Assembly: GCA_964270895.1 (NCBI GenBank)
Contig: OZ185435.1
DNA from: Podarcis filfolensis
Taxonomy: Eukaryota
Length of the DNA: 64,000 nt
Reading direction: 5' to 3' (one strand)
Positions 46,330 to 57,748 of the stretch are shown in pieces. The notes below the pieces were generated by a model. The model saw only the letters and a program-made list of their open reading frames with translations. It was not told where the DNA came from and did not search any database. How positions within the stretch are numbered: position 1 is the first letter of the stretch; each line of letters starts with the position of its first letter. The position numbers and the translations under genes are program-made.

Positions 46330-46680
46330 TATAAGCAGGCATGAATTGCATTTCTTTCAAAATATTAAAAGGATGACAAGGAACCATTAGTGAGCTTTGG
46401 TTAAGTCAACCAGCTACAAATCCACCTAACACTTACCTCATCCAGCCCACATTTTACGAGCTTCTCCACAAGAATATCATGGGGGACTGTTAAAAACCTT
46501 TCTGAAATCAAGATACACTACGTCCACAGTATTCCCCTGATCTACCAAGTGAAATGAGATTCATCTGGTATCCTTTTCTAAGTCCTCACAGACTAACCAT
46601 TATCTGTTCTAGGACCTTTTCTGCTATCAACATCAAGCTGACCAGCCAATAGTTACCTTGGTCTTCTCTCACCCCTAGAG
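46330..46680 (-). mobile_element. CR1 LINE reverse-transcriptase fragment
   Basis: Minus strand reads DRGNTVDVVYLDFRKVF, matching the CR1 RT motif VDVVYLDFSKAF. Confidence 0.75.
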
Positions 46681-46880
46681 ATTTGAATTCTTCTAAAATA
46701 GCTAGATGCTCCCTTACCACCTCTTTTTTATCTTAGACTGCAGCTCCCTCCTTGCATAATTTGTTCTGTTATCACTAGGCTGGGCACTGCTTATTAAGAT
46801 TGTAGTTTAAAACTGTAATTTTTGTAATTTTAATAGTAATTTTACCATGTGGCTCTAATAGTGTATGTTTTTTCCTCCAG

Positions 46881-46947
46881 AGAAAAAATGGCTCAGGCAT
46901 ATGACTTTGCTCTGGATAAAATTGGCATGGAAATAATGTCGTACCAG
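46881..46947 (+). CDS. CSTF3: CSTF3 exon 6 ([22 protein letters not shown])
   Basis: cctccag acceptor, CAG|GTATGT donor, 67 nt. Confidence 0.97.
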
Positions 46948-47030
46948 GTATGTTTCTTTTCACATTTAATATTTATTTGTGGTGTTTGATTAAATGTTCA
47001 CTGCTCTGATTCTATATATTTTTACATTAG

Positions 47031-47065
47031 ATCTGGGTGGATTACATCAATTTTTTGAAAGGCGT
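47031..47065 (+). CDS. CSTF3: CSTF3 exon 7 (IWVDYINFLKG)
   Basis: ttag acceptor, GTAAGT donor, 35 nt. Confidence 0.96.
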
Positions 47066-47170
47066 GTAAGTACAAAAATCTGCCTTCTCTCTTAATTAAT
47101 GCAGTGTTAATATTCGTACAGGTTGCAGTATGTAATTGCTGGTATGTTACTGTCTTGCCTCACAATTTAG

Positions 47171-47297
47171 TGAAGCAGTAGGATCCTATGCAGAAAACCA
47201 GAGGATAACTGCTGTGCGCAGGGTATATCAACGGGGCTGTGTGAACCCAATGATCAACATCGAGCAACTCTGGCGAGATTATAACAAATATGAAGAG
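47171..47297 (+). CDS. CSTF3: CSTF3 exon 8 ([10 protein letters not shown]...WRDYNKYEE)
   Basis: Translation match, 127 nt, GAG|GTAAAT donor. Confidence 0.97.
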
Positions 47298-47738
47298 GTA
47301 AATAAAAAGATGCCTGATGTTCAAACAAGATTTAGCTATTTTCCTCGACCTGCAGCAGTGAGGTTACTTGAATAGGCTCTCTGCAAGCCCCTTTCTGAGT
47401 ATTTCAAGTGTAGACCTCTGAAAAACATTGTGAAGGGTGGACAGAAGGAGCAGGACAATAAAGTCTTTTTCTGTAAGCAGCACAAACCTGCCTCTCAAAA
47501 TTGCTGGGACTTTTTGTTTGTTTGCCTGTACACTTTTGCCCCAATTCTAGGTGGATGAGGCTACTCCCATTGCCTTAAAGATCCTGGGTCCTCCAGCCAT
47601 CTTTAGATTCTTCATCTGATGGTGTTCTTTGTACAGTGGGAAGGACCATCTCCCGGTGCCAGGAACAAGAGAACGAGGAGCTCCAGTTCACTGACTTGGG
47701 AGACCAGTGCCTATCATTTCATGGATACTTTAATTGCG

Positions 47739-47808
47739 ATTCCTGCATTGCGGGGGGTTGGACTAGATGAGCCTTGGCATCTCTTCCAACTATAAAATTC
47801 TATGATTG
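47739..47808 (+). mobile_element. CR1 LINE 3' terminus
   Basis: TTCCTGCATTG..GGGGTTGGACTAGATGA..CTTCCAAC..ATTCTATGATT octamer tail. Confidence 0.8.
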
Positions 47809-47999
47809 TATATGCTTAATACCACTGGGCTGCAGAACATAGGATTGTCTCCTACTGAAACAGCAACTTTACCCTCTTTGAGCCGGACCCTAATCCAAAT
47901 GACAAGTGTTTTCCCATTTTCTCTAGCGGAATAAAATTGTGGAATAAAATTGTATATAACATAATAACAATAACCCCTCCACACACATTGTTGAAAAGG

Positions 48000-48490
48000 T
48001 CATAGATTGCTTAATCAGCCAAAGGCCTGGGAGAAGAAGAATGTTTCCGGCACGTGCCTAAAGATACGTAATGAAGGTGCCAGGCAAGCCTTCGTGGGGA
48101 CAGCATCCCAAAAACAGGGAGCCACTGCACAAAAAGCCTGTTCTCAAGTTCCATCCTCCAGACCTCTTGTGGAGGAAGCACACAAAGAAGGGCCTCAGGT
48201 GATGACTGCAAGGACTGGGTCAGTTCATATGGGCAGAGGCAGTCCTTGAGGTATTCTGGTCTTGAGCCATTTAAGACAGGCTTCCTTAAACTTGACCCTC
48301 CAGATGTTTTGAGACTACAATTCCCATCATCCCTGACCACTGGTCCTGCTAGCTAGGGATCATGGGAGTTGTAGGCCAAAAAAACATATGGAGGGCCGAG
48401 TTTGAGGAAGCCTGATTTAAGGCTTTATAGGTCAAAACAAGCACTTTGAATTGGGCCCGGAAACCAATTGGCAGCTAGTGTGGTCAGGCC
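48000..48490 (-). mobile_element. L2 LINE fragment interrupted by a MITE
   Basis: L2-like sequence resumes on both sides of the 48277-48414 insertion. Confidence 0.65.
48277..48414 (-). mobile_element. Palindromic hAT-type MITE in intron 8, inverted relative to the 43463 copy
   Basis: CAGGCTTCCT...AGGAAGCCTG termini. TSD ATTTAAGA/ATTTAAGG. The core is the reverse complement of the 43463 copy. Confidence 0.9.
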
Positions 48491-49038
48491 AGGATTGGTG
48501 CTATAAATAAAAAAGCCCAAACACTTAGAAGAATAAAAACAATCAGAGTAAGGCCGACCCCACAGCAGACAGTGTTAAGGGGGCATCCCTTGTCTTTGCT
48601 CTCCCACTGAAGTGGCTCTTCCCAAAGGGAGCCCAGCTTTTATTCCACCAGCCCAGCTAAATGCCCAGCTGCGAGTGAAGTTTCAGGTGTTGCTGGGAGC
48701 TGCCAAGTCAGGGCTTCCGGAGGCAAGAAAGCTCAGGAGTCCCACTGGGAAGCAGGCAGCAGCAGGCAGCTAGTTCCCCCTTTGATGTTCCTGGGAGTCC
48801 TCCCTTTCTCACACAGGGGTGCTGTGTATCCAGAAACCCCCACAGCAGCCCAGCTTTTATTTCACCACTTACATGGGGATAAGTACAAAGTGACAGCTTT
48901 CCAGTGCAATTCTATGTTGATTAATGCTATCTAAGTCTCAGTGAGTTCCATGATGCTTACAAATGAGGAAGCATGCATGGGACTGCAAGCCCACAGTGGT
49001 CCTGAGCAGGGCTTCACTTCTTGTTTTCTGTCTTCCAG

Positions 49039-49116
49039 GGAATAAACATCCACTTAGCTAAGAAAATGATTGAAGATCGCAGTAGAGATTATATGAACGC
49101 TAGACGTGTGGCTAAG
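49039..49116 (+). CDS. CSTF3: CSTF3 exon 9 ([26 protein letters not shown])
   Basis: Translation match, 78 nt, AG/GT junctions. Confidence 0.97.
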
Positions 49117-49299
49117 GTACAGGCTCCTGGTTGTTTTGTTCCTCTTTTGTCTTGATTTAATACAGCATGAATATTTGTTGCATGCTTGAGCTGCAGCAGA
49201 TTACTAAGTGGAGTTGAAAAAGGAGTAACTTTAATATAAAGTTTTGTTTCAAAGCCCACCTTAACGAAACCTCTTCTCTGTTTCTTCCTATCTCTTCAG

Positions 49300-49462
49300 G
49301 AATATGAAACTGTGATGAAAGGTCTGGACCGCAATGCTCCTTCGGTCCCACCCCAAAATACTCCCCAAGAAGCTCAGCAGGTAGACATGTGGAAGAAATA
49401 TATTCAGTGGGAAAAGAGCAACCCTTTACGTACTGAAGACCAAACCCTTATAACAAAGAGAG
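49300..49462 (+). CDS. CSTF3: CSTF3 exon 10 ([10 protein letters not shown]...DQTLITKR)
   Basis: Translation match, 163 nt, donor GTGACT. Confidence 0.97.
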
Positions 49463-49622
49463 GTGACTGTACATTTTTGCTGTGCTCCCTAGAAATAGTG
49501 CAAAAATAACCATAGTAATTAAGTCGTGCTGATGTTACTTTGGGGTGCAGCACTCTTACAAACTATACAAACCTAGCTGCCTGGACTGTGTACTTAAATC
49601 CCATTGATTGCCGTGGGCATAT

Positions 49623-49989
49623 GGGGCGCAGGTGGCACTGTGGGTTAAACCACAGAGCCTAGGGCTTGCCAATCAGAAGGTCAGCAGTTCGAATCCCCGC
49701 GAAGGGGTGAGCTCCCGTTGCTTGGTCCCTGCTCCTGCCCACCTAGCAGTTCAAAAACACGCCAAAGTGCAAGTAGATAAATAGGTACCGCTCCGGCGGG
49801 AAGGTAAACGGCATTTCCATGCACTGCTCTGGTTCGCCAGAAGCGGCTTAGTCATGCTGGCCACATGACCTGGAAAAACTGCCTGCGGACAAACACTGGC
49901 TCCCTCGGCCAATAAAGCGAGATGAGCACCGCAACCTCAGTGTTGTCCGTGACTAGACCTAATGGTCAGGGGTCCCTTTACCTTTACCT
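49623..49989 (+). mobile_element. Sauria SINE (full length, Podarcis-like subfamily)
   Basis: A and B boxes, GTGCAAGTAGATAAATAGGTACCGC core, CCTTTACCTTTACCT tail. Confidence 0.93.
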
Positions 49990-50468
49990 TGTTGAACTTT
50001 GCTTTTCTCCAGAAAGAAAAGTTTCTACTTAGATATTCCTAGCACTCCATAGGTAGATAATTTCCAAAAGGAACCTGTTGGTGCCTCTTGAAACAGTAGT
50101 CATAAGCTCCCATGGCTTAGGGTGCAAAAACATTTGGAATCTTATAAAGAAAACATCACGTTGGTCCTTTTGCCATTCAAGGGCATGTATAATGAGACTT
50201 TCCTGTGAGGACAGAGCTCAGAGTTTTTTGACCACCAACTGTTTCAAAGTCAGCATTTTATTAGCTGGAGAGGGGTCAGGAATTATATGTCTGGAAATCT
50301 CTAAAGATGTTGATAGGGCATAGAATTGAAGAGGGTGGCTCTTGAGATCATGTGGCTGGCTCTTTAAGAGACCTGCATTTTTAGTTACATTTGTGAATCA
50401 TTGGTAGTGATTCAGCTTGTAAGGTTCCACCCACTAGGAATTTATCTTGTTTCAATGTCTTCCCATAG

Positions 50469-50578
50469 TGATGTTTGCATATGAACAGTGCCTGTTGGTG
50501 CTGGGACATCATCCAGATATTTGGTATGAAGCTGCACAATATCTCGAGCAATCCAGCAAACTACTAGCTGAGAAAGGG
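50469..50578 (+). CDS. CSTF3: CSTF3 exon 11 ([10 protein letters not shown]...KLLAEKG)
   Basis: Translation match, 110 nt, donor GTAAGA. Confidence 0.97.
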
Positions 50579-51164
50579 GTAAGAGAAGACAGTAAGAAAT
50601 ACTGCATTTTATGTACAGCATTTAAACATATCTATAATTGGTACTAAACTAAATAAGTTGAACTTGGGTCCATTGAGATCAGTGTGAAGTTAGACATGAT
50701 TAAGGCAAGTCATGATTTCAGTGACAACTAAATTCAGCTAATTTAATCTGGACCCAGCCTATCTTTTCATTTGTTTGTTTTGTGGGACCTTGTTATTTGA
50801 CAATGAAGTGGTTAATTCTATCAAAGTTGTATGGGATCATATGCAAAAATATATCATCCCATTTTTAAATTGTGGGAGATCTTTAAAATAGAAAATAAAA
50901 ATACCAAGTCCATAAAAATAATTAAGTATTCTGAATTTACCATGTTGTTAAACTATATTCAATTTTTACAATTAGCCTGTGAAGTAAAATCACATGTTTC
51001 TAATAAGATCCATTATTGTAGCTGCTGAGTTCTTGCTACAAGGTAACCCACTTGGGTTTACAATATTCCTGTAGAGCTGTTAATGAGCACAGAACTGAAA
51101 ACTTTTTTTATTTTTCATACTGGTCCTACAGTTAGTTGATTTTTTCATATTTTCTCAATTCCAG

Positions 51165-51281
51165 GACATGAACAATGCTAAACTGTTTAGTGATGAAGCT
51201 GCAAATATTTATGAACGAGCAATCAGCACTTTACTAAAAAAGAACATGCTTCTTTATTTTGCATATGCAGATTATGAAGAG
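51165..51281 (+). CDS. CSTF3: CSTF3 exon 12 ([10 protein letters not shown]...YADYEE)
   Basis: Translation match, 117 nt, donor GTGAGT. Confidence 0.97.
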
Positions 51282-51455
51282 GTGAGTCCTTAGGTGACAT
51301 TATTCTTTCAATCTCCAGTTCAACCAGCTTCTTATTTCTTGTGCATAATCTTGATTGGAGAACTTAATATTGGCAAATTCAAATAAGCAGGTCTGGTAAT
51401 AATTTTGAGCATAAACTAGTTAAACTAAACATGGGCTTTTTTTGTATTTTCTCAG

Positions 51456-51530
51456 AGTCGGATGAAATATGAGAAGGTGCACAGCATATATAATCGGCTC
51501 TTAGCTATTGAAGATATTGATCCCACTTTG
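51456..51530 (+). CDS. CSTF3: CSTF3 exon 13 ([25 protein letters not shown])
   Basis: Translation match, 75 nt, donor GTATGT. Confidence 0.97.
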
Positions 51531-51571
51531 GTATGTTCAGTCTTCATTGTTTCACCTTGTTGAGATGACTA

Positions 51572-51797
51572 CAGTGGTACCTTGGGTTAAGTACTTAATT
51601 CATTCCAGAGGTCCGTTCTTAACCTGAAACTGTTCTTAACCTGAAGCACCACTTCAGCTAATGGGGCCTCCCGCTGCCGCCGCACCACTGCTGCGCGATT
51701 TCTGTTCTCATCCTGAAGCAAAGTTCTTAACCTGAGGTAATATTTCTGGGTTAGTGGAGTCTGTAACCTGAAGCGTATGTAACCTGAGGTACCACTG
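51572..51797 (+). mobile_element. Tc1/mariner-type MITE (CAGTGGTACCT family) in intron 13
   Basis: TIRs and TA flanks. Confidence 0.9.
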
Positions 51798-52347
51798 TAT
51801 AGAATAAAAAGTTGTGTATTTCTCTTTGGTCAGTTCCTAAAGTATTCCAGTTGAAAATGTATAGATAATGTCAGTCACATTTTCAATGTTTGTTATCAAT
51901 TGCCTTTTTTCTTCCAATTTTTTTTGTACATTATTCAGCTGTTTTGCCATATCTGTGGTGTATAATTTGTGACTCAGTAAAATTTGAAAGATTTCGTGTA
52001 ATCTGTTTCTAACCTTCCACTTAATTAAAAAGAATTATGAGCAGAGCTATTGTTGACAATAAGAATGGCCTTGCTCACAAATAACAGCAAGCCAAACTTA
52101 GGAATGAGCAAGCATTCTGTTGCTTAGAGGGGGGAAAGTGTGGCCTCTTTGTACCTCCGCTGGTTCTGCTGCTGTGACCCTATTTAGAACCAACCATGGT
52201 TTGGCTTAGGATGGTATTCAGACTTGGGCTCATGTTTTCACGAGTCACAACTATGGTTTAGAAGCCATGACTTTAATATGGTGTTGACTTCTAAAAACAG
52301 AGTCACAGCTTAAAGGTGATCCTACCTTTTCCACCTATATGTTTCAG

Positions 52348-52491
52348 GTATATATTCAGTATATGAAGTTTGCAAGGCGAGCAGAGGGCATAAAATCAGG
52401 CAGGATGATATTTAAGAAGGCACGAGAAGATGCCCGGACCCGTCATCATGTCTATGTTACAGCTGCTCTGATGGAGTATTATTGCAGCAAG
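52348..52491 (+). CDS. CSTF3: CSTF3 exon 14 ([10 protein letters not shown]...LMEYYCSK)
   Basis: Translation match, 144 nt. Confidence 0.97.
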
Positions 52492-52576
52492 GTATTATTG
52501 CAACACAGTGAATGAAACTTTTGCTTCAGCCTCTGGATTCTTCTGTCTACAACTAATAACGTTTTGAAATCTGCAG

Positions 52577-52679
52577 GACAAGTCAGTGGCCTTTAAGATT
52601 TTTGAGTTGGGGCTAAAGAAATATGGAGACATTCCAGAATACGTCTTGGCATATATTGATTATCTTTCTCATCTCAATG
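52577..52679 (+). CDS. CSTF3: CSTF3 exon 15 ([10 protein letters not shown]...YLSHLN)
   Basis: Translation match, 103 nt, donor GTAAGT. Confidence 0.97.
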
Positions 52680-54051
52680 GTAAGTTCTGGGAGCTGGGAT
52701 AATTCATTACACTGGTCCCTGGGATTACAATGTTTTTTTCAAGACAAAAACCTTCTTTACCTGAAATAGAGCAATTTGTTTGGAATTAACCTGTGAAGAT
52801 TCAGAGTTCAGTTACCACTGATATTGATGGCATCCCTCCATTTTATATCATCAGTGAGCAGATGGGACTTCGCTGCTCATTGTTTTGCATACTGCTTGCT
52901 TTGTCAGGTCTTTAGCCAATAATGTGTTGGGGAAAACTGACTTCAAGAGTGTGTAGATGGATGTTGATGCATCGTAATGTATAGCTTATATGTAGATAAT
53001 TTGTATAGAATTGTGGCTAAGAATGTGAGCTGAGAACCTTTCATTCAAATTTCTCCCCACTCAGTAGTAATTGTAGGCAGGCTGCTATTTCCCCAGCTCT
53101 TCTCTCCATCAGTAAAATCAGGATGATAATGGGAGACACCCAACATTGCACAAGTGGATTTCTACTCCCCTTGCTCTCCTGTTTCCTGACGTCCTCCACA
53201 ATATCAAAATTCTCCTCTGGAGGGTTGGGGGATGAAATTAAAAGCAAACACCTGAGAACAGTCAAATCTCACAACTGTTCTCCAACTGGGTTAGCTTCGG
53301 ACTTGTGCTGTGAGGAGTTCCACTTGCTTTTTGGGAAGGTGGGCAGGGCTTTCCTTCTTCCCTCTGCATCCCTCTGAAAATCTGTTCTGGAGGTTTGTAG
53401 CAACCTCCAGAGGAGCACAGGAGGTATGGGGCAATTGGTGAAAGGGAAAGGAGCAACTGGTGAAAATCATCACCACCGCCTTTCGAGGAACATTTTGTGT
53501 ATGGATGGAGTCTTGCTGTTTGCAGGCAGGAAACTCAGATCCAGTCCATAGACTGTTAATTTGAGTGAGGACTTCAGATTGAAAAATCAGCAGCCTGCAA
53601 GAACACAAAGGGCACAAAAAACCAATGGCCAGTATTGTCCTAAGCAGCTGCTTCTTGTTTAGTACTTAAGCGTGCTGCTGCTGCCATCAGTTTTTAAACA
53701 GAGTATTTAATTCTTATTTTATGGTTCTGGTTGTTTTAATTCATTTTAGTGTGTGTTTTTATACCTACCTCTCAGCTGCAGTTGTAATTTGTGGGTGTGT
53801 CTTCTGCAGAGTAGAAGTGAGACTTCCGTAGCTTTTTCTAAAGCCTTTTCTCCGTGTGTCTCTTCTCCCTGAGATTACTTTAGCAATAATGAAATTGGGG
53901 TCGCAAATTGGGTTTTTCATCTTTCACAGGAATTGAAATTATGTCAAGATATTGTCTCTCCCCCCCCCCCGTAATTTCCAGTTTTTTAAAATATATATAT
54001 ATATTTAAAGCTTGTTTTCATCTTTCTTTTTTAATACTTTTTTTAAAATAG

Positions 54052-54121
54052 AGGATAATAATACAAGAGTCCTGTTTGAACGAGTATTAACCTCAGGGAG
54101 CCTCCCACCTGAGAAATCTGG
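54052..54121 (+). CDS. CSTF3: CSTF3 exon 16 ([22 protein letters not shown])
   Basis: Translation match, 70 nt, donor GTAAGC. Confidence 0.97.
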
Positions 54122-55503
54122 GTAAGCTTCGCCAAAGCTCCATTCTAAGTCGTCTGCTTTGCTGTACGTGACAACCCTTGTACAACATAGATATTATCAC
54201 AGATTAATGAGGGGATGGTTGTTGCAGCCTGTACTGCCATTTTCGTCTTAAATAAGGAGCCAGCTGCTGAGAGAGAGAAGCCAGAGATTGTAAGAATTTT
54301 CTATGGAGTTCATTCCTTGGATGCCAGAACGTGCTCTCATCTCCATTGTGAAGATAACTGCTATATGGAGTGTTGTTGGAAAGTAGATTTGGCCAATATA
54401 GAATATAGACTCAGAGCACTTGGGGCATTTTTGCTTGCATGCATACACACAGGGGCTCAGATCTATACCTCCCTCCTGCTTTCGTTCCATGTTTACCCAC
54501 GGAGATCGTCTCTCTTTGGCAAATGCCCTCCACAGCCTCATAGCCAACTCTGTGCTGCCTGAAGCCTATTCCAGGAAAAGTAGAATTTGGGAATTATGTA
54601 AGTGGTAGCTAGACATTTATCTGCTGTTAACCATTTTTGTTTGTCAGTATCAGGTAGTAGTTTCCCCCGGCAACCACAGCTTCCAGTTACAGTGCAGTGT
54701 CATGCGGTTTTTGCATGCAGCTTTTTTCTTTCTACATTCTGCCTATAAGGACTCTCTCTCCTGCGCCCTTGGTGCAGAGGGGGCATGCACACCAACTGGT
54801 TGCTTCTTGCTTTCAACCTGAAGCACCTAGCAAGCGGCACCAGCAGCAGGGAACCAGTTCCTTTGCCTGGCACTCCTTGCCAGGGCTGCATGTACAATGC
54901 ATACAGATGGTCTGCAGGCCCCTTTACCAATTCCCAGCTGTTTGGCACTGTAAACTACCTAGGAGTGAACCAGTGGGCTCCTTGCATAGTGTGTGTGTGT
55001 GTGATGGAGAGAGAGTGAGAGAGCAGGGAAGAGGGGAAAGATCTATGCGTGTGTCTGTGTCCATGAGTGGGGATAAGATTGGGGAGCAGGAGAGAGGGAG
55101 TCCAGGCCCTACCTACTATCAGCATGCTGCTTATGAGCCGCTGGTTTGCTGCCCTGGATGTACACAGACTGGCCATTGCTGCCTTCTAGGATGCCCTCTG
55201 GGTACAAAGCAGATGTATCTGCTATGGCTTCTGGTTGTAGAATAAAGACATGATAGTTGACTGGCAGCTGCCCACAATTCCCTTCTCCATCTTGCCAACA
55301 TAGAATTGGATATCCGGGGTAGCAAGCCACTGGAAAGAGCAGACGAGGGGGTTCCTTAGTCAGTGGGCAAGCAGCTGGCTTGCAGTGGATTGGGCCTGCT
55401 GGTTGCTGGTAACTGTTGCAAGTGATTGCACTTACTGCAGGCCATGTGTGCTGAGCATGTTTTCTTTTGAACATTTGTTCTCTTTCTGTCTTTTCTTTCA
55501 CAG

Positions 55504-55699
55504 AGAGATATGGGCCCGATTTTTAGCTTTTGAAAGTAATATTGGTGACCTGGCTAGCATACTTAAAGTGGAGAAACGGAGGTTTACAGCCTTCAAGGAG
55601 GAATATGAGGGCAAAGAAACAGCTCTACTGGTAGACAGATACAAGTTCATGGATCTGTACCCCTGCTCTGCCAGTGAACTCAAAGCTCTTGGTTATAAG
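55504..55699 (+). CDS. CSTF3: CSTF3 exon 17 ([10 protein letters not shown]...LKALGYK)
   Basis: Translation match, 196 nt. Confidence 0.97.
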
Positions 55700-56799
55700 G
55701 TATGGAGATGACGACATTCCAGAATGTTTAGTTGGAGAGGGAATGCAGTTCCATAGCATTGCTACTTGCATGCCTTCAGTGCTGCTTTAAAAATGTTAAA
55801 ACCCCTTAACTCTCCTAAGCCTATAGATGTCCATTCAAGCACATGCAAAAACACCTTCTCTTTGTTTGGAATTACTATTCATTTCCGTTTCTTTTTTACT
55901 GTTTTCGTCACCATGTAGAAAACAGTTCATATTATTCCAAATTGGTGGCTGTTACCCTATGATAAGCTATTTGTGGGCAGTAGCTCCCATCACAGAATCA
56001 GAGTTGGAAGGGAGTTGGGAGATTATGCTGTTCAACCCCCTGCTCAATGATGGATATACAATGCAGGATGCAACTACCACATCCCTGACAGATGGCCATT
56101 CAGCCTCTGCTTAAATAATCTCTAGCCAAGAAAGTCCCACCACCTCCTGAAGCAGTCTGTTCCACTCTCCACATGGCAGGTGCGATTTTCTTTCTCATGT
56201 CGAGAAGAGAAAGGTTGCTATTTTGGAAAATTGCACCAGCTGCATAGTGAGCTGTTGCAAGTATATGGTTTAACACTTCATAGCAGTGCTTGTGTGGAAC
56301 AGTTTAAACCACCTCCATGTAAGGTGAAGTCCAGCTCAACAGAAGATGTTAAAAAGCCAGCATTAAATCTATTCCAAGTTTTACTCCATTCAGGTTCTAG
56401 ACTGCTGCCTGCTTTAAAAAGTATCACTGACCACATCCTTCCCATGTGACCCCAGCTTAAAATGCTCTTAGCTGATTATCAGTTGCCTGCCTGCGTCTTT
56501 ACATATGAAGTGCTGGTGCATTGATCTTACTGTTTCCTAGCCAAGTTCCTAAATCAATATGGAGCTAGTTTCTTGCTATATCTGTTATGTTTCAAGTTTT
56601 TGATTCTGTAAATTGGAATTTAAGAATGCATTGCCTGTATTTTTAATATTTTGCATTGTTTATTGTAAATAATTCTAGGCAAACTTTTATTACAAAGGGG
56701 GTTGATAAATTTTAAAATTATGAGCAGACAGAAAACTTCTCTTCCATAAAACTGGGCAAGGTTTGGTCTGGTGTCCATTGTTGCTTTATGCAAACAGAG

Positions 56800-56960
56800 A
56801 TGCTACTCTGGACCAGTGCTATGTTGAGCATTATGGGATCCCCTCCTGCTTGTGAGCTTCCCATAGGCACTCACTTGGTCACATGATAAACAATATGCTG
56901 GACTATAGATCAGCCTTTGATTGATCCAGCAGAGCTGCTCTCATGCTATTTATGCTTCTT
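56800..56960 (+). mobile_element. Decayed CR1-related SINE/LINE 3' end abutting the exon 18 acceptor
   Basis: ATGCTGGAC....TGATCCAGCAGAGCTGCTCTCATGCTATTTATG resembles the 42145-42266 copy. Confidence 0.5.
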
Positions 56961-56980
56961 CTCATGCTACGAACTTCCAG

Positions 56981-57134
56981 GATGTGTCTCGGGCAAAGCT
57001 GTCAACCATAATTCCAGATCCTGTTGTGGCTCCTTCAATAGTTCCTGTGCTAAAAGATGAAGCGGACAGAAAACCAGAGTATCCAAAACCAGATACCCAG
57101 CAGATGATTCCATTTCAGCCAAGACATTTAGCAC
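56981..57134 (+). CDS. CSTF3: CSTF3 exon 18 ([10 protein letters not shown]...FQPRHLA)
   Basis: Translation match, 154 nt, donor GTAAGC. Confidence 0.97.
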
Positions 57135-57445
57135 GTAAGCTAACATCGAGTCATGGAAATGTGAAATAGAAGTCTACCTTATTCTGATTGACTGTTTCTT
57201 TAAAAAGCTTCAATTCATTCAGTTCATTCTCATTTGGGCACACAACTAGAATGTTTTATACCCTTCCAATTCTCTGCTAAATTGGAAAGTACAATAAACA
57301 AAAGTTTGAGGTTTTTGTTGGTTCTTGCATAGTGCTTGTAAGGTCAGTTACATCAACCAAAGGAACTCCCATCAGCATGCAGTTGGTTCTCCTTAGCTGT
57401 AAGAGCCATGAAGACTTAAATGTGTTTTGTTTTATTATTTACTAG

Positions 57446-57540
57446 CTCCAGGTTTGCATCCAGTCCCTGGTGGTGTCTTTCCAGTCCCGCCTGCTGCTGT
57501 AGTTCTAATGAAGCTTCTCCCACCTCCCGTGTGTTTTCAG
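57446..57540 (+). CDS. CSTF3: CSTF3 exon 19 ([10 protein letters not shown]...PPPVCFQ)
   Basis: Translation match, 95 nt, donor GTTGGT. Confidence 0.97.
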
Positions 57541-57687
57541 GTTGGTCATGAGATCCTGAAATGTTTTAATGACTTTGCAATCTGGTTGTGTTTTGCTTCA
57601 ATGCATTAAACATTTCATTTTCTTTTGTCTCACTGGTTTGTACCATAGCATTTCCTGTTAAATGGTCCATCTTTTTTTCTCTTGCAG

Positions 57688-57748
57688 GGCCCCTTTGTGC
57701 AAGTGGATGAACTCATGGAGATTATCAGGAGATGCAAACTCCCAGACA
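57688..57748 (+). CDS. CSTF3: CSTF3 exon 20 (GPFVQVDELMEIIRRCKLPD)
   Basis: Translation match, 61 nt, donor GTAAGT. Confidence 0.96.

Noticed and set aside
54215-55501. Several 60-182 aa ORFs on both strands in intron 16
   Set aside because: They overlap each other, include TG/AG microsatellite-derived residues, lack convincing splice signals and have no recognisable domain.
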